Source: an uncultured bacterium (GTDB lineage Bacteria > Actinomycetota > Acidimicrobiia > Spongiisociales > UBA5794). Taken from it: a stretch of 64,000 nt of DNA. Below are positions 21,445 to 30,766 of the stretch, one piece after another; the first letter of the stretch is position 1; each line of letters begins with the position of its first letter. The stretch covers positions 32,001 to 96,000 of the forward strand of contig CAWDDT010000003.1 in assembly GCA_963801165.1 (NCBI GenBank), in the 5' to 3' direction. The notes under the pieces were generated by a model. The model was not told where the DNA came from. It searched no databases and saw only the letters and a program-made list of their open reading frames with translations. A program made the position numbers and the translations under genes.

Positions 21445-23286
21445 TCAAGGGCGTGCCGCGAGCGGTCGCGGCTCGATCCCCAACTCGCTCATTCGATCCG
21501 AATAGCGCTGGTATTGACGCTGCGCCTCCCCAAACCGGCCATTCGTCTGGAGAATCGAAATGATCTCGAGATATGCGCTTTCGTCCCAGGGGTCGAGATC
21601 GAGAAGGGTGAGCCCGGCTCGCAACGCCCGGTCCACCTCGCCATTTGCCCGAGCCTCCCCGACGATCCGGCGCAACAGATCTGAGTACGCCGTACGAACT
21701 TCGTCACGAGCCGGCTGAGACCAGTCCTCATAGATGTCCTCCGCCATGAACTCGCCGGTGTACAAACGCTCGACGACTTCGAGTTGGTGTGTGGTTGGAT
21801 GCGTCTCTGCACCGGTCAGACCGGCGATCGCGTCGAGGAAACGCTCGCTGTCCACGGTTACGTGGGAAAGCTCGAGGGCGATGGCCGTTCCGTCGGATCG
21901 CACGAAATGGTCGGAGGCATATCTCTTGTCTGGATCCAGCACGCCACGCAGCGTCGCCAACGCCACGGAAAGCCTGTTCGACAATGCATCGATCGGCTCG
22001 TCAGACCAGAGTATCTCCATCAGTACGTCCTTGGGTACCGCTCTCCCACGTCTCGCGATGAGCACCTTCAGCAGCGTGCGGGCTTTCTTCGACTGCCACG
22101 CGGACGCTCCGAGCAGCTCCCCGTCCCGAAACACCCGGAAGCCACCAAGCACCCTGACCGCTATCCCGGGTGGCTTTAGCGAGGGTGGATCATCAGCGGG
22201 CAGAGCCGCCGCATTGGGGTCCGGGCGGAACAGATCTGAGCGTCGATACGCGAGCCGGCCGACCGTGACTTGGAGTCTCCGTCGCAACGGGCCGAGGGTG
22301 AGCCCGACCACTGCCGTAGCGAGCGTCGCCAGCGCAAGGTTGGTACGCATCCGGTACCCCACAATCGCGCCGATGGTTGCCACGATCACCACGTACACGA
22401 GGGTGACGAAGCCCGTGAGTGCACCGACCACGAGGGTCTTCGAGATGAACAGGTCGATGTCGTACAGGCGATAGCGAAGGACGGCGAGTCCGATGGACAG
22501 GGGTATGGCGACGAGTGGCACTGTGTTGAGGATGCTCACGACCCCGTCTGCTGCGCCTGCTGCCCCGGCGATTGTTGCCACCAGATACCCCAACAGCACC
22601 ACGACCGCGCCCAGAAGCACCCAGCCGGTCTGTAGCCGCTGCTCCGATCTAGCGCGGCGAAAGCGCACGAGCAGCGAGGCCAGACCACCCAGTTGAGCGA
22701 TGACGACCAGCACACCGGCTATACCTCCGAGAGCATCAGGTAGCGCCCGGCGAATAGGGCTCGCCAGCGAATCGACACCCAGCATTGGTCCCGGCTGAAA
22801 TGCGAGGTTGGCAAACAACAAGACACCCGAAGCCACAGAGAGGGCGACCACGTAGCGCCATCGCGATGAGAGGACCTGGCCATCCGGGAAGAGAACGAAG
22901 AGCAGCGGAACCATCGCCAGAATCGGCGCGATCGCCCAGGTCAACAGCCATGCTGCCAATGTCGCACCGGGTAGCGTGCCGTGACCTGCGAAGACCACGT
23001 GTGTCACGTAGCCCTCGTACAGAAGGCCCAGCTCGAACTGAAGTCCGATCCCGAGAAGGAGCCACCCCACCGGGTTGCGCGAGATGCGGCGAGCGACCAC
23101 GGATCCGACGGCGACAAACGAGGTCATTGTCAGTGTGAGGACGACGTCGCCAGTCGAGGCATGAAGGCCACCGGGTGCGGCAACGTGCCAATTGGCTAAC
23201 TGAAACCCGAGCGCACCGATCGCGGCGAGAGCACCGACGCCGGCAACGGCCGTGGCGACGGCAGCCGGACGGCCCTGCGTCACCAA
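21445..23286 (-). CDS. Membrane-anchored SARP/BTAD-type transcriptional activator
   Basis: N-terminal multi-TM domain (RNPVGWLL, FPDG, AVLRYRLYDID) fused to VRVLGGFRV...KARTLLKVL winged HTH and BTAD (YTGEFMAEDIYEDW, LDPWDE). Confidence 0.8.
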   Translation of the reverse strand: MVTQGRPAAVATAVAGVGALAAIGALGFQLANWHVAAPGGLHASTGDVVLTLTMTSFVAVGSVVARRISRNPVGWLLLGIGLQFELGLLYEGYVTHVVFAGHGTLPGATLAAWLLTWAIAPILAMVPLLFVLFPDGQVLSSRWRYVVALSVASGVLLFANLAFQPGPMLGVDSLASPIRRALPDALGGIAGVLVVIAQLGGLASLLVRFRRARSEQRLQTGWVLLGAVVVLLGYLVATIAGAAGAADGVVSILNTVPLVAIPLSIGLAVLRYRLYDIDLFISKTLVVGALTGFVTLVYVVIVATIGAIVGYRMRTNLALATLATAVVGLTLGPLRRRLQVTVGRLAYRRSDLFRPDPNAAALPADDPPSLKPPGIAVRVLGGFRVFRDGELLGASAWQSKKARTLLKVLIARRGRAVPKDVLMEILWSDEPIDALSNRLSVALATLRGVLDPDKRYASDHFVRSDGTAIALELSHVTVDSERFLDAIAGLTGAETHPTTHQLEVVERLYTGEFMAEDIYEDWSQPARDEVRTAYSDLLRRIVGEARANGEVDRALRAGLTLLDLDPWDESAYLEIISILQTNGRFGEAQRQYQRYSDRMSELGIEPRPLAARP

Positions 23287-23373
23287 TCACCCCTGGCGTC
23301 GCACAACGCGGCCGTCACACCGAGCCACCTGAAACACGTTGTCCTGGTTGCGATGGCCGGATGCTAGCCGTCA

Positions 23374-23560
23374 GCGACGGGGAATCTCGCGCCTGTCGCA
23401 GGGGTCTGGTCGGCGGCGAATTCCAGCCGGTCTGGCTTCCGGCGGTGACGAGGTCCACCGAGGCCTGGGCGCGTTGACGTGGAGCTGGCGCACCCATGCG
23501 TCGTGCGGCCACGCCCGTCTCCAGCCTGCTCCGGACTCGCTACCGTCGCGGATTCCCCGC
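23374..23560 (+). ncRNA. Candidate structured cis-regulatory RNA leader (unassigned)
   Basis: Nested helices 23378-23386/23551-23559, 23440-23456/23533-23548, 23461-23468/23521-23527, 23486-23493/23503-23511; ends about 30 nt before the SnoaL ATG. Confidence 0.45.
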
Positions 23561-23589
23561 GCGCGCCGTGCTGGACTGGAGCGACGTTC

Positions 23590-23991
23590 ATGCCTTTCAC
23601 AAACGAAGACCGCAACGTGATCACGGACCTGATCAGTATGCACGGTCACCTCACCGATCGCGGTGAACTCGACCGGCTGAGCGAGGTCTTCAGTGACGAT
23701 GTCATATACGACGTGAGTGATCTCGGGCGCCCTGCCATAGGTGGCCTTGACTCGCTGATCGCTGCCGCTGTCGCTCTTGGTGACAACAACCCGATTGCGC
23801 ACCACGTCACCAACGTCGTTGTTTCGCAAGTCGATGAGGATCACGCAACGGCTCTGTCAAAAGGTCTGGGTATCAACGCCGATGGCACGATTGGGAGTGT
23901 CACTTACGAAGACCTGCTCGAACGGACGGACTTGGGTTGGCGTATCACGCACCGAAGCGTGCGGCTTCGCCGGAGCCCGCTCCAGCCATAG
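23590..23991 (+). CDS. NTF2/SnoaL-like family protein
   Basis: EDRNVITDLISMHGHLTD...F.DD..YD...HHVTN...YEDLLERTDLGWRITHR. Confidence 0.85.
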   Translation: MPFTNEDRNVITDLISMHGHLTDRGELDRLSEVFSDDVIYDVSDLGRPAIGGLDSLIAAAVALGDNNPIAHHVTNVVVSQVDEDHATALSKGLGINADGTIGSVTYEDLLERTDLGWRITHRSVRLRRSPLQP

Positions 23992-24034
23992 CTCCTCGGC
24001 TGAGGCTCTCGACCGGTACGAGGCCAGCCGTCAC

Positions 24035-24934
24035 TCACCACGTGACCTCGACACAACTCTGATGTGTCTCCGGCTCGACCTGGACGGCGGCATGAGCGAT
24101 GCCGTGCTCGTTGCGCAACGTGTCGGTGGCGTGATCGATGATGTCATGAGTGTCGGCGTTGGGTGCCGCGGTGAGGTGAACCGTGGCCACGTCCATCTCC
24201 GAGGTGAGCGTCCAGACGTGCAGGTCATGGACGTCCTGAACACCGGGGATGGCGCCGAGCTGTTGCCGGAGCCTGGTGATGTCGAGTCCCTCCGGCGCCG
24301 CCTGGATGAGGATGCGAACCGCCTTGCGGCCCAACCGCCAGGCACGGGGCAGGATGAACAGCCCGATACCGGCGCCGAAGATGGGGTCGGCATAGGACCA
24401 TCCTGTGAACCGGATGATCAATGCGGCAACGATGACGGCAACGGACCCGGCGAGGTCGGCGATGACCTCGAGATAGGCGCCGGCGACGTTGATCGACTCC
24501 GCGGCGCCGGCCCGTAGCAGCCTCCAGCCGGCGAGGTTGACCAGAAGTCCCACGACGGCGACCACGAGCATCGGTCCGGAGAGGACCTCGGGCGGATTCT
24601 CCAGCCTGCCGGCGGCTTCATAGATGACATACCCGGCGACTGCGAACAACAAGACCGCATTGGCGAGGGCCGCGAGTACCTCCAGCCGGTACAGCCCGAA
24701 GGTGCGTTGGCCTTCCCGTTCGGCCCGATCGGCGGCGACGATAGCCGCCAGCGCCATGCCTAGACCCAACGCATCCGTCGCCATGTGGCCGGCATCCGAG
24801 AGCAACGCCAACGAGTGTGTGAGGAAACCGGTGACTACCTCGATGACCATGACGAGCAGCACCAGGATGAACACCGACCAGAGACGGGGTCGATGGCGGG
24901 AACCTGCTCGTGGCGTTGGATGGTGGCCGCTCAT
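24035..24934 (-). CDS. czcD: Cation diffusion facilitator (CzcD-like Zn/Cd/Co efflux)
   Basis: SLALLSDAGHMATD, TFGLYRLEVLAA, VHDLHVW. Confidence 0.88.
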   Translation of the reverse strand: MSGHHPTPRAGSRHRPRLWSVFILVLLVMVIEVVTGFLTHSLALLSDAGHMATDALGLGMALAAIVAADRAEREGQRTFGLYRLEVLAALANAVLLFAVAGYVIYEAAGRLENPPEVLSGPMLVVAVVGLLVNLAGWRLLRAGAAESINVAGAYLEVIADLAGSVAVIVAALIIRFTGWSYADPIFGAGIGLFILPRAWRLGRKAVRILIQAAPEGLDITRLRQQLGAIPGVQDVHDLHVWTLTSEMDVATVHLTAAPNADTHDIIDHATDTLRNEHGIAHAAVQVEPETHQSCVEVTW

Positions 24935-25314
24935 GGCCGAGCCCTGTCATGGTCGTGGAGGTAGTGCTCTATGGCGACGTCGAGCAGCAACCTGACGTGG
25001 TTGTCGTCGACCCGGTAGTAGACCGTTCGACCGTCCTTGCGGGATCGCACTAGCCCGGCGAGGCGGAGCTGGCGCAGCTGGTGGCTGGTCGCCGACTCCG
25101 ACACATCGACCGCCGCCGCCAGGTCGCCGACACACAACTCGCCCGCCTCGAGCAGTGCGTAGATCATGCGAACTCGACCGGGATCGGCGAGCAGCTGGAA
25201 GCGCTCCGCCAGAGCAGCCGCTTCCCCGCCGGTGAGCAGCTCGGAACGGGCGGTCTCGACTCGTCCGGGATCGACAGCGCGACCCCGGTTCCCTGGTGGG
25301 TCTTTCTCGGTCAT
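24931..25314 (-). CDS. ArsR/SmtB metal-sensing repressor
   Basis: ELCVGDLA, SATSHQLRQLR, DNHVRLLLDVAIEH (alpha5-type metal site). Confidence 0.9.
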   Translation of the reverse strand: MTEKDPPGNRGRAVDPGRVETARSELLTGGEAAALAERFQLLADPGRVRMIYALLEAGELCVGDLAAAVDVSESATSHQLRQLRLAGLVRSRKDGRTVYYRVDDNHVRLLLDVAIEHYLHDHDRARP

Positions 25315-25329
25315 GTCACCATCATAGGC

Positions 25330-25356
25330 ACACCTGAACAGATATACATATGTTCA
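25330..25356. promoter_or_regulatory. SmtB/CzrA-type operator
   Basis: ACACCTGAACAGATATACATATGTTCA resembles the SmtB 12-2-12 box and lies just upstream of the repressor gene. Confidence 0.65.
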
Positions 25357-25415
25357 TATACCGTTGTTCGATCGTGCGAAGACACATCCCGGTAGCCTCA
25401 CGGTCAGGAGGTCGC

Positions 25416-26180
25416 GTGGCTGTTCCCGATATCGAGGTCGTGCTGGAGCGCATCGAGGGTGTTATCACTGAGACCGAGCGAGCGCGCAGCCGTGCCGGGT
25501 ACTTCGCCGCGATGTACCGCAAGGTGACGGTCGCCGTTCGAGACGCGATCGTCGCCGGCCGCTTCGACGACAACGACCGGATGGCGCGCCTCGACCGGGT
25601 CTTTGCTGAGCGATACCTCGACGCGTATGACCTATGGCGTGATAGCGGGCACCCGACCACGGCATGGCAGATGGCGTTCGACGCCAGCCTGCGGTGGAGA
25701 CCCATCATCATCCAGCACCTTCTCGTCGGCATGAACGCCCACATCAACCTGGATCTGGGTATTGCGGCAGCTACCGTGGCTCCCGGCTCCGAGCTGGCAG
25801 GCCTCCGCTCTGATTTCGATCTGATCAACAACATCCTCGGCGAACTCGTGGACGGTTTCATGGATGCAGCCGACGAGGTCTCGCCGTGGGTCGGGCTTCT
25901 CGACCGCTTTGGGGGCAGGACCGATCAGACGCTGGTCCGATTCAGCATCGAGATCGCCCGGCGTAGGGCCTGGGAGCTGGCCGTGCAACTGGCAAACGCC
26001 GCTCCCGACGCTTGGGGCGGGATCATTGCCTCCCGGGATACGGCGACCGCCGAATTGGCTGGGGCCATCCTGGCTCCGGGTCCTATCCTCCCGGCGGGCC
26101 TTGTCCTCATCCGGCTTCGTGAGAGCAACGACGTTGCGCGGGTGATCGAGGTACTCGGCGCCGACAGGTCTCGCGGATAG
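25416..26180 (+). CDS. DUF5995-like protein
   Basis: GYFAAMYRKVT, FAERYL, LLVGMNAHINLDL; GGAGG SD. Confidence 0.75.
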   Translation: MAVPDIEVVLERIEGVITETERARSRAGYFAAMYRKVTVAVRDAIVAGRFDDNDRMARLDRVFAERYLDAYDLWRDSGHPTTAWQMAFDASLRWRPIIIQHLLVGMNAHINLDLGIAAATVAPGSELAGLRSDFDLINNILGELVDGFMDAADEVSPWVGLLDRFGGRTDQTLVRFSIEIARRRAWELAVQLANAAPDAWGGIIASRDTATAELAGAILAPGPILPAGLVLIRLRESNDVARVIEVLGADRSRG

Positions 26181-26233
26181 CCGGCGCCTGTCGACGGACC
26201 GCAGAGAAACGCAGCGACCTGGACCGTGTGTCT

Positions 26234-27685
26234 CTAATCCGGACCGATCTCGATGTGCGGTGGCTCCCTCCACAACCGGGCGGCTTGGCGCCCCATGGCC
26301 TGTCGGAGCTCAGAGGAACCGGCGAGATCGCCGAGCAAGCCGTGTTTCGCAAACGCCCAAGATGTGAAGCCGCCGGGACCGAGTGGCCGCGGTAGATCGC
26401 CGAGTACGCGGTCGAGCCGGTCGTCTGCGACGGCGAGCGCGGACCGGTCGGGCCCAAACATGACCCAACCCCATGCGGCGATAACGAGGGCGAGCCCGTC
26501 AACCGGTCGCTTCGACTCGAGACACGTTCGCAAGGTGGGTAGCACCCGCTGTTGCAACTTCAGGCTGCCGTCTGTCGCCACTTTCGTCGTGGTGTATCCC
26601 AACGCCGGCTCGGCAAAACGAGCGAGGGCGCTATCCGCGTAGCGGGCCGGGTCTATACCCGGTGGTGCTACAACGCTGGGAACGATCTCCTCATCGACGA
26701 TCCGCCTGATCCTCGTAGCGAGCCGCGGATCGGCTACGGCGTCGCTGATCATTGCATGGCCCAACCGGAGCCCGAGATAGGCGAAGGCGGAATGGAGACC
26801 GTTGAGCACGTGGAGCTTCAGCCGCTCGTGCGTACCGGTCTCGGTGACGATCTCGACGCCCACCTCCTCCCAGGGTCGAACCGCTGCACTGTCCTGTACC
26901 ACCCACTGACGGAACGGCTCGGTGAGGATCGGCAACTCGTCTTCGGCCCCGAGACTGCGATTGACGGTATCTACCGTTGCGGGCGTGATGGTCGGAACCA
27001 TACGGTCCACCATCGTCGAGCAGATCACGGCATCCATAGATATCGACCTTGCCAGCGATGATGACTGCTCTGCGGCGAGCTGGGTCAGCAACGTACGGGT
27101 CACCGTCCCGTTATCGACGATGTTGTCGCAGGGAATTATGACGAGGGGAGGCCGTCGCTCGGCGAGTCGACGCGCCACGGCAGCCACCAGTAGCCCCGGC
27201 ATCGTGCGTGGGGATGTTGGATGTTGGATATCGTGGATGACGTTGGGGAGGGTCATGTCGAGAGACCGTGTCTCATCGGACCAGCAATAGCCCGCCTCCG
27301 TGACGGTGATCGTGACCATCTCCACCGACGGATCGGCGAGACGAGCTATCGCCGCCCGGGGATCTGCCGGCACGAACACCGTGTCCCGTAGCGAGCCGAT
27401 CACACGCGGGGCGAGGCCGTCGCGGGTCACCTCGGTTACCGAATAGAGGAGATCCTGGGGCGCCAGAGCATCGATGACACGGGGACTCCGCATCGAGAAG
27501 CCGATTATCGCGCCCTTCTGTGACCCCCCCGCCAACAGATCGTCTGCGTAGACGGCCTGATGGGCACGATGGAAGTTGCCCACGCCGATATGGGCGTGGC
27601 TGACCGTCTTCGAGCTGCGGTCGTATTCCGGAGCGACCACGTTCGAGGGGAGGTATTCGAGCGACGATGTGGTGAGACGTGGCAT
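26234..27685 (-). CDS. uxuB: Mannitol-dehydrogenase family (fructuronate reductase/D-mannonate oxidoreductase-like)
   Basis: HIGVGNFHRAHQA, TVTEAGY, PCDN, TMVDRMVP, EPFRQWV, KLHVLNGLHS, DGSLKL. Confidence 0.8.
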   Translation of the reverse strand: MPRLTTSSLEYLPSNVVAPEYDRSSKTVSHAHIGVGNFHRAHQAVYADDLLAGGSQKGAIIGFSMRSPRVIDALAPQDLLYSVTEVTRDGLAPRVIGSLRDTVFVPADPRAAIARLADPSVEMVTITVTEAGYCWSDETRSLDMTLPNVIHDIQHPTSPRTMPGLLVAAVARRLAERRPPLVIIPCDNIVDNGTVTRTLLTQLAAEQSSSLARSISMDAVICSTMVDRMVPTITPATVDTVNRSLGAEDELPILTEPFRQWVVQDSAAVRPWEEVGVEIVTETGTHERLKLHVLNGLHSAFAYLGLRLGHAMISDAVADPRLATRIRRIVDEEIVPSVVAPPGIDPARYADSALARFAEPALGYTTTKVATDGSLKLQQRVLPTLRTCLESKRPVDGLALVIAAWGWVMFGPDRSALAVADDRLDRVLGDLPRPLGPGGFTSWAFAKHGLLGDLAGSSELRQAMGRQAARLWREPPHIEIGPD

Positions 27686-27864
27686 GACGCAGTGTGCGGG
27701 TTTGGGCGACAGGCCCAGTTCCTCTCGTGTGAATGACGCGGGGGAGCGCCGTCTGGCGATACGAGGATACGACGCATGAACCGGAAGACACACGCAGCGG
27801 CTCACCGCCGCTACGGGATACACTCAGCACGTCAATCCACGGCGACTTGGAGCGTGCAGCCATC

Positions 27865-29694
27865 ATGAGGCATCTCAGGATCGTCGTCGCCGGCGTCGCC
27901 GGCTCCGGCAAGACGGTGGTGGGTCGGGAGGTCGCGGCCCGGATGGGAGCCGCATTCCTCGACGGCGACGCGGTGCACCCGGCGGCGAACGTCGCCAAGA
28001 TGTCATCCGGTATTCCCCTCGACGACGACGACCGGTGGCCGTGGCTGGCGACGCTGCGCAGGCGTCTTCGCGGTCAAGAGAACCTTGTTGTCGCCTGCTC
28101 GGCTCTGCGACGGGATTATCGCGACATGTTGCGTGGCGCGGGGGACGTTCGCTTCCTGTTCCTCGACATCGATCAGGAGACCGCGACCCGAAGGGCCGAC
28201 CACCGGGAGGGTCACTTCTTCAGTGGCGCGGGCATGATCGCAAGCCAGTTCGCCACGCTGGAGATGCCGGACCCCGATGAGACCGACGTGGCCGTCGTGG
28301 CGGCCGACGGAAAGTTGGAGGACGTGGTCGAGGCCGCTATCTCGGCGGCCAGATCTGTGAGCCCGGGCACGGCGGCGATGCCGGTACTGGCAGACGGTTC
28401 GGCGGGCCGCCGGATCACCTCCGGCGAGCTGCAGAACCATCTCTCGTCGCTCGTGGGCACCCAGATCCTCGGATGTGATGCCCGGCGCGTCCTGCTAGTG
28501 CCCCCGGACCACACGAGGCTTCATTCGAGGGCGGGGGAGATCACGGGTCTGCTGTTCGAGAGACTCGAGACCGAAGGATGCGAAGTCGCGGTGCTCCCGG
28601 CGACAGGTCTTCACGCCGAGATGACCGCCGGCGACGCAAGGCTGCTGTTCGGTGATCGAGTTCCCTTCGACCGGATCGTCCACCATCGTTGGCGCGAAGG
28701 GCTCGTCGGGGTCGGTGAGATCGGAGCGGAGGAAGTCGCCGTTCTCTCAGACGGTCTTTACGCCGATCCGATACCGGTGGAAGTCGACCCGGTGCTCCTG
28801 GACGGATGGGACCTGGTGGTGTCGGTTGGTCAAGTGGTCCCGCATGAGGTCACGGGGATCGCCAACTACACCAAGAACATCGTGGTCGGTCTCGGCGGAG
28901 CGTCCACCGTGCAACGAAGTCACTTCCTGGGAGCGTTGGCGGGCATGGAGCGGATCATGGGACGTTCCGCCAACCCCGTTCGGGACATGATCGACGCCGC
29001 CTTCGATCGATGCATCGCACCCGCGGTCGACGTGCTCTTTGTGCTCACGGTCATGGAAGACACCGCAGACGGTGTTGTCCAGCGCGGTCTTTACGCAGGC
29101 AGGGGTGGCTCGGCCCGCTCGGGAGGTGCCGCGTTCCGGATGGCCGCCGACCTGGCGATAGCGTGCAACGTCGACGTGACCAATGAGCTCTCCCGGGTGG
29201 TGTGCTGGCTCGATCCTGACGAGTTCCGCAGCACGTGGCTGGGCAACAAGGCGATCTACCGCACCCGAATGGCTATTGCCGACGGGGGTGAGCTGCTGAT
29301 CCTGGCGCCGGGGGTCGGCCGTTTTGGCGAGAGCCCGCGCATCGACGCACTCATCCGCCGGCACGGGTATCGAGGAGCCGAGGCGACTCTGGCTGCCATG
29401 GAAGCCGATCCGGAGCTTGCGGCGAGCCCGGGAGCCGCCGCTCATCTCATTCACGGGAGCGCCGAGGGAAGGTTTCGTATCGTCTATGCCACTGAGCCGT
29501 CGAACGGCGGGCTCACCCGGGAGGAGGTGGAGAGCGTCGGGTTCGAATGGAGAGATCTCCACCGTGAGATGGAGCGGCTGGGCGTGGACGGGTCGACGGC
29601 GACGGGTGCCAGGCGGAACCCGGACGGCGAGGTGCTCCACTTCATTGCAAACCCCGCGCTCGGCTTGTGGGCAACGGCTGAGCGTCTTGGCTGA
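27865..29694 (+). CDS. Fusion of gluconokinase (GntK/IdnK-type) and a lactate-racemase/DUF2088 (GntE-like epimerase) domain
   Basis: N-term GVAGSGKT, DGDAVHPAANVAKMSSGIPLDDDDRWPWL, ACSALRRDYRD, SQFATLE; C-term PPDHTR, ATGLH, VVPHEVTG, NYTKN, RSH, WLGNKAIYRTR, AHLIHGS. Confidence 0.85.
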   Translation: MRHLRIVVAGVAGSGKTVVGREVAARMGAAFLDGDAVHPAANVAKMSSGIPLDDDDRWPWLATLRRRLRGQENLVVACSALRRDYRDMLRGAGDVRFLFLDIDQETATRRADHREGHFFSGAGMIASQFATLEMPDPDETDVAVVAADGKLEDVVEAAISAARSVSPGTAAMPVLADGSAGRRITSGELQNHLSSLVGTQILGCDARRVLLVPPDHTRLHSRAGEITGLLFERLETEGCEVAVLPATGLHAEMTAGDARLLFGDRVPFDRIVHHRWREGLVGVGEIGAEEVAVLSDGLYADPIPVEVDPVLLDGWDLVVSVGQVVPHEVTGIANYTKNIVVGLGGASTVQRSHFLGALAGMERIMGRSANPVRDMIDAAFDRCIAPAVDVLFVLTVMEDTADGVVQRGLYAGRGGSARSGGAAFRMAADLAIACNVDVTNELSRVVCWLDPDEFRSTWLGNKAIYRTRMAIADGGELLILAPGVGRFGESPRIDALIRRHGYRGAEATLAAMEADPELAASPGAAAHLIHGSAEGRFRIVYATEPSNGGLTREEVESVGFEWRDLHREMERLGVDGSTATGARRNPDGEVLHFIANPALGLWATAERLG

Positions 29695-29891
29695 AGAAGC
29701 CAGGTGCCGGTATACCGAGGGCGCCCGGCCGTAGGGAACGCTCGTATCGTCACCGACACGGACCGGGTCGCGTCCACGTCATAGGTACCTACGGCAGGTC
29801 ACGCGGAACGGTGCTGTCGAGGGGCGGAAACGTTGTCGACTGTGGCACGCTTCTGCGCGAGGATTCGGTGTTCGGATGAAGGAGGATCGTC

Positions 29892-30653
29892 GTGGACGAG
29901 TCGCAACAATCGTGCTCCGGTGGCCGGGTGGTGGAGCGGAACCGGTACTTCGACGGCAAATTGATGACTGCGGACGATTTTGCCGCTGAGCAGGCGTATT
30001 TCCTGGATCGATCCCGCGCCCATAACCGGTTGCATGGCTCCGGCACCGTGTGCGGTCTGGCCGTGACGGCGACCGACCCTCCCTCGGGTGCGGTGGTGGT
30101 TGCGCCGGGTGTGGCACTCGACCGCTGCGGTCGGGAGGTCATCCTCACTGAGTCTGTCGTTGTGGACGTGGGCGCGATTGCAGCGAAGCCCAAACACGGT
30201 GACAAGGTGTTTCTTACAGTGCGTTACCACGAGGAGGGGATCGCCCCGGCTCCAGCGTTGGCCGGCCACGAGGGGGAGAACACCGAACCAGGGCGACTCC
30301 GGGAGGTGCCGCGGTTCGAGGTGGTCGGCGAGCCCCCACATGATGTGGCAACTGCCCACAAACGAGGTCGGGTGGGTGGTGTAGCGCCACGTCCGGCCTG
30401 CGTGGAGCCGGTAGTCACGCTTGCCGGGATCGACCTGTCAAAAGGGGGACCGCTGACATTGGATCAGATCGACAATACGGTGCGCGGCTACGTGTCTCCT
30501 GGCTCATCGCACGAGGACCCGGCCGCCGGGATGACCGGTGGAGAGGATGCGCTCCGTCAGGTGAGCAGACTGGAGCGTCGAATCAAGGCGCTATGGGGTG
30601 GAACGGCTGGGCTCATGGCGATCGCCGCATGGTTGCTGCTTCGGCGCCGCTGA
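29892..30653 (+). CDS. Hypothetical protein with phage/eCIS tail-like N-terminal domain and C-terminal membrane anchor
   Basis: AAGGAGG SD; ERNRYFDGKLMTADDFAAEQAY, GTVCGLAV, VAPGVALDRCGREVIL; ends LWGGTAGLMAIAAWLLLRRR. Confidence 0.65.
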   Translation: MDESQQSCSGGRVVERNRYFDGKLMTADDFAAEQAYFLDRSRAHNRLHGSGTVCGLAVTATDPPSGAVVVAPGVALDRCGREVILTESVVVDVGAIAAKPKHGDKVFLTVRYHEEGIAPAPALAGHEGENTEPGRLREVPRFEVVGEPPHDVATAHKRGRVGGVAPRPACVEPVVTLAGIDLSKGGPLTLDQIDNTVRGYVSPGSSHEDPAAGMTGGEDALRQVSRLERRIKALWGGTAGLMAIAAWLLLRRR

Positions 30654-30766
30654 AGCTCTGTGCCTGGAATGCGGCCTTCCCGGCGTGCTTGCGCTAGGGG
30701 ATCATCGACGCGGCCCGATACAGCCCGGGCATGCGGTTGTCGGGACGGCACCGCTCGCTGCTCGCG

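Noticed and set aside
29843-29858. Sigma54 promoter (TGGCACG...TGC)
   Set aside because: GG-GC spacing is off by one, and sigma54 is generally absent from Actinomycetota
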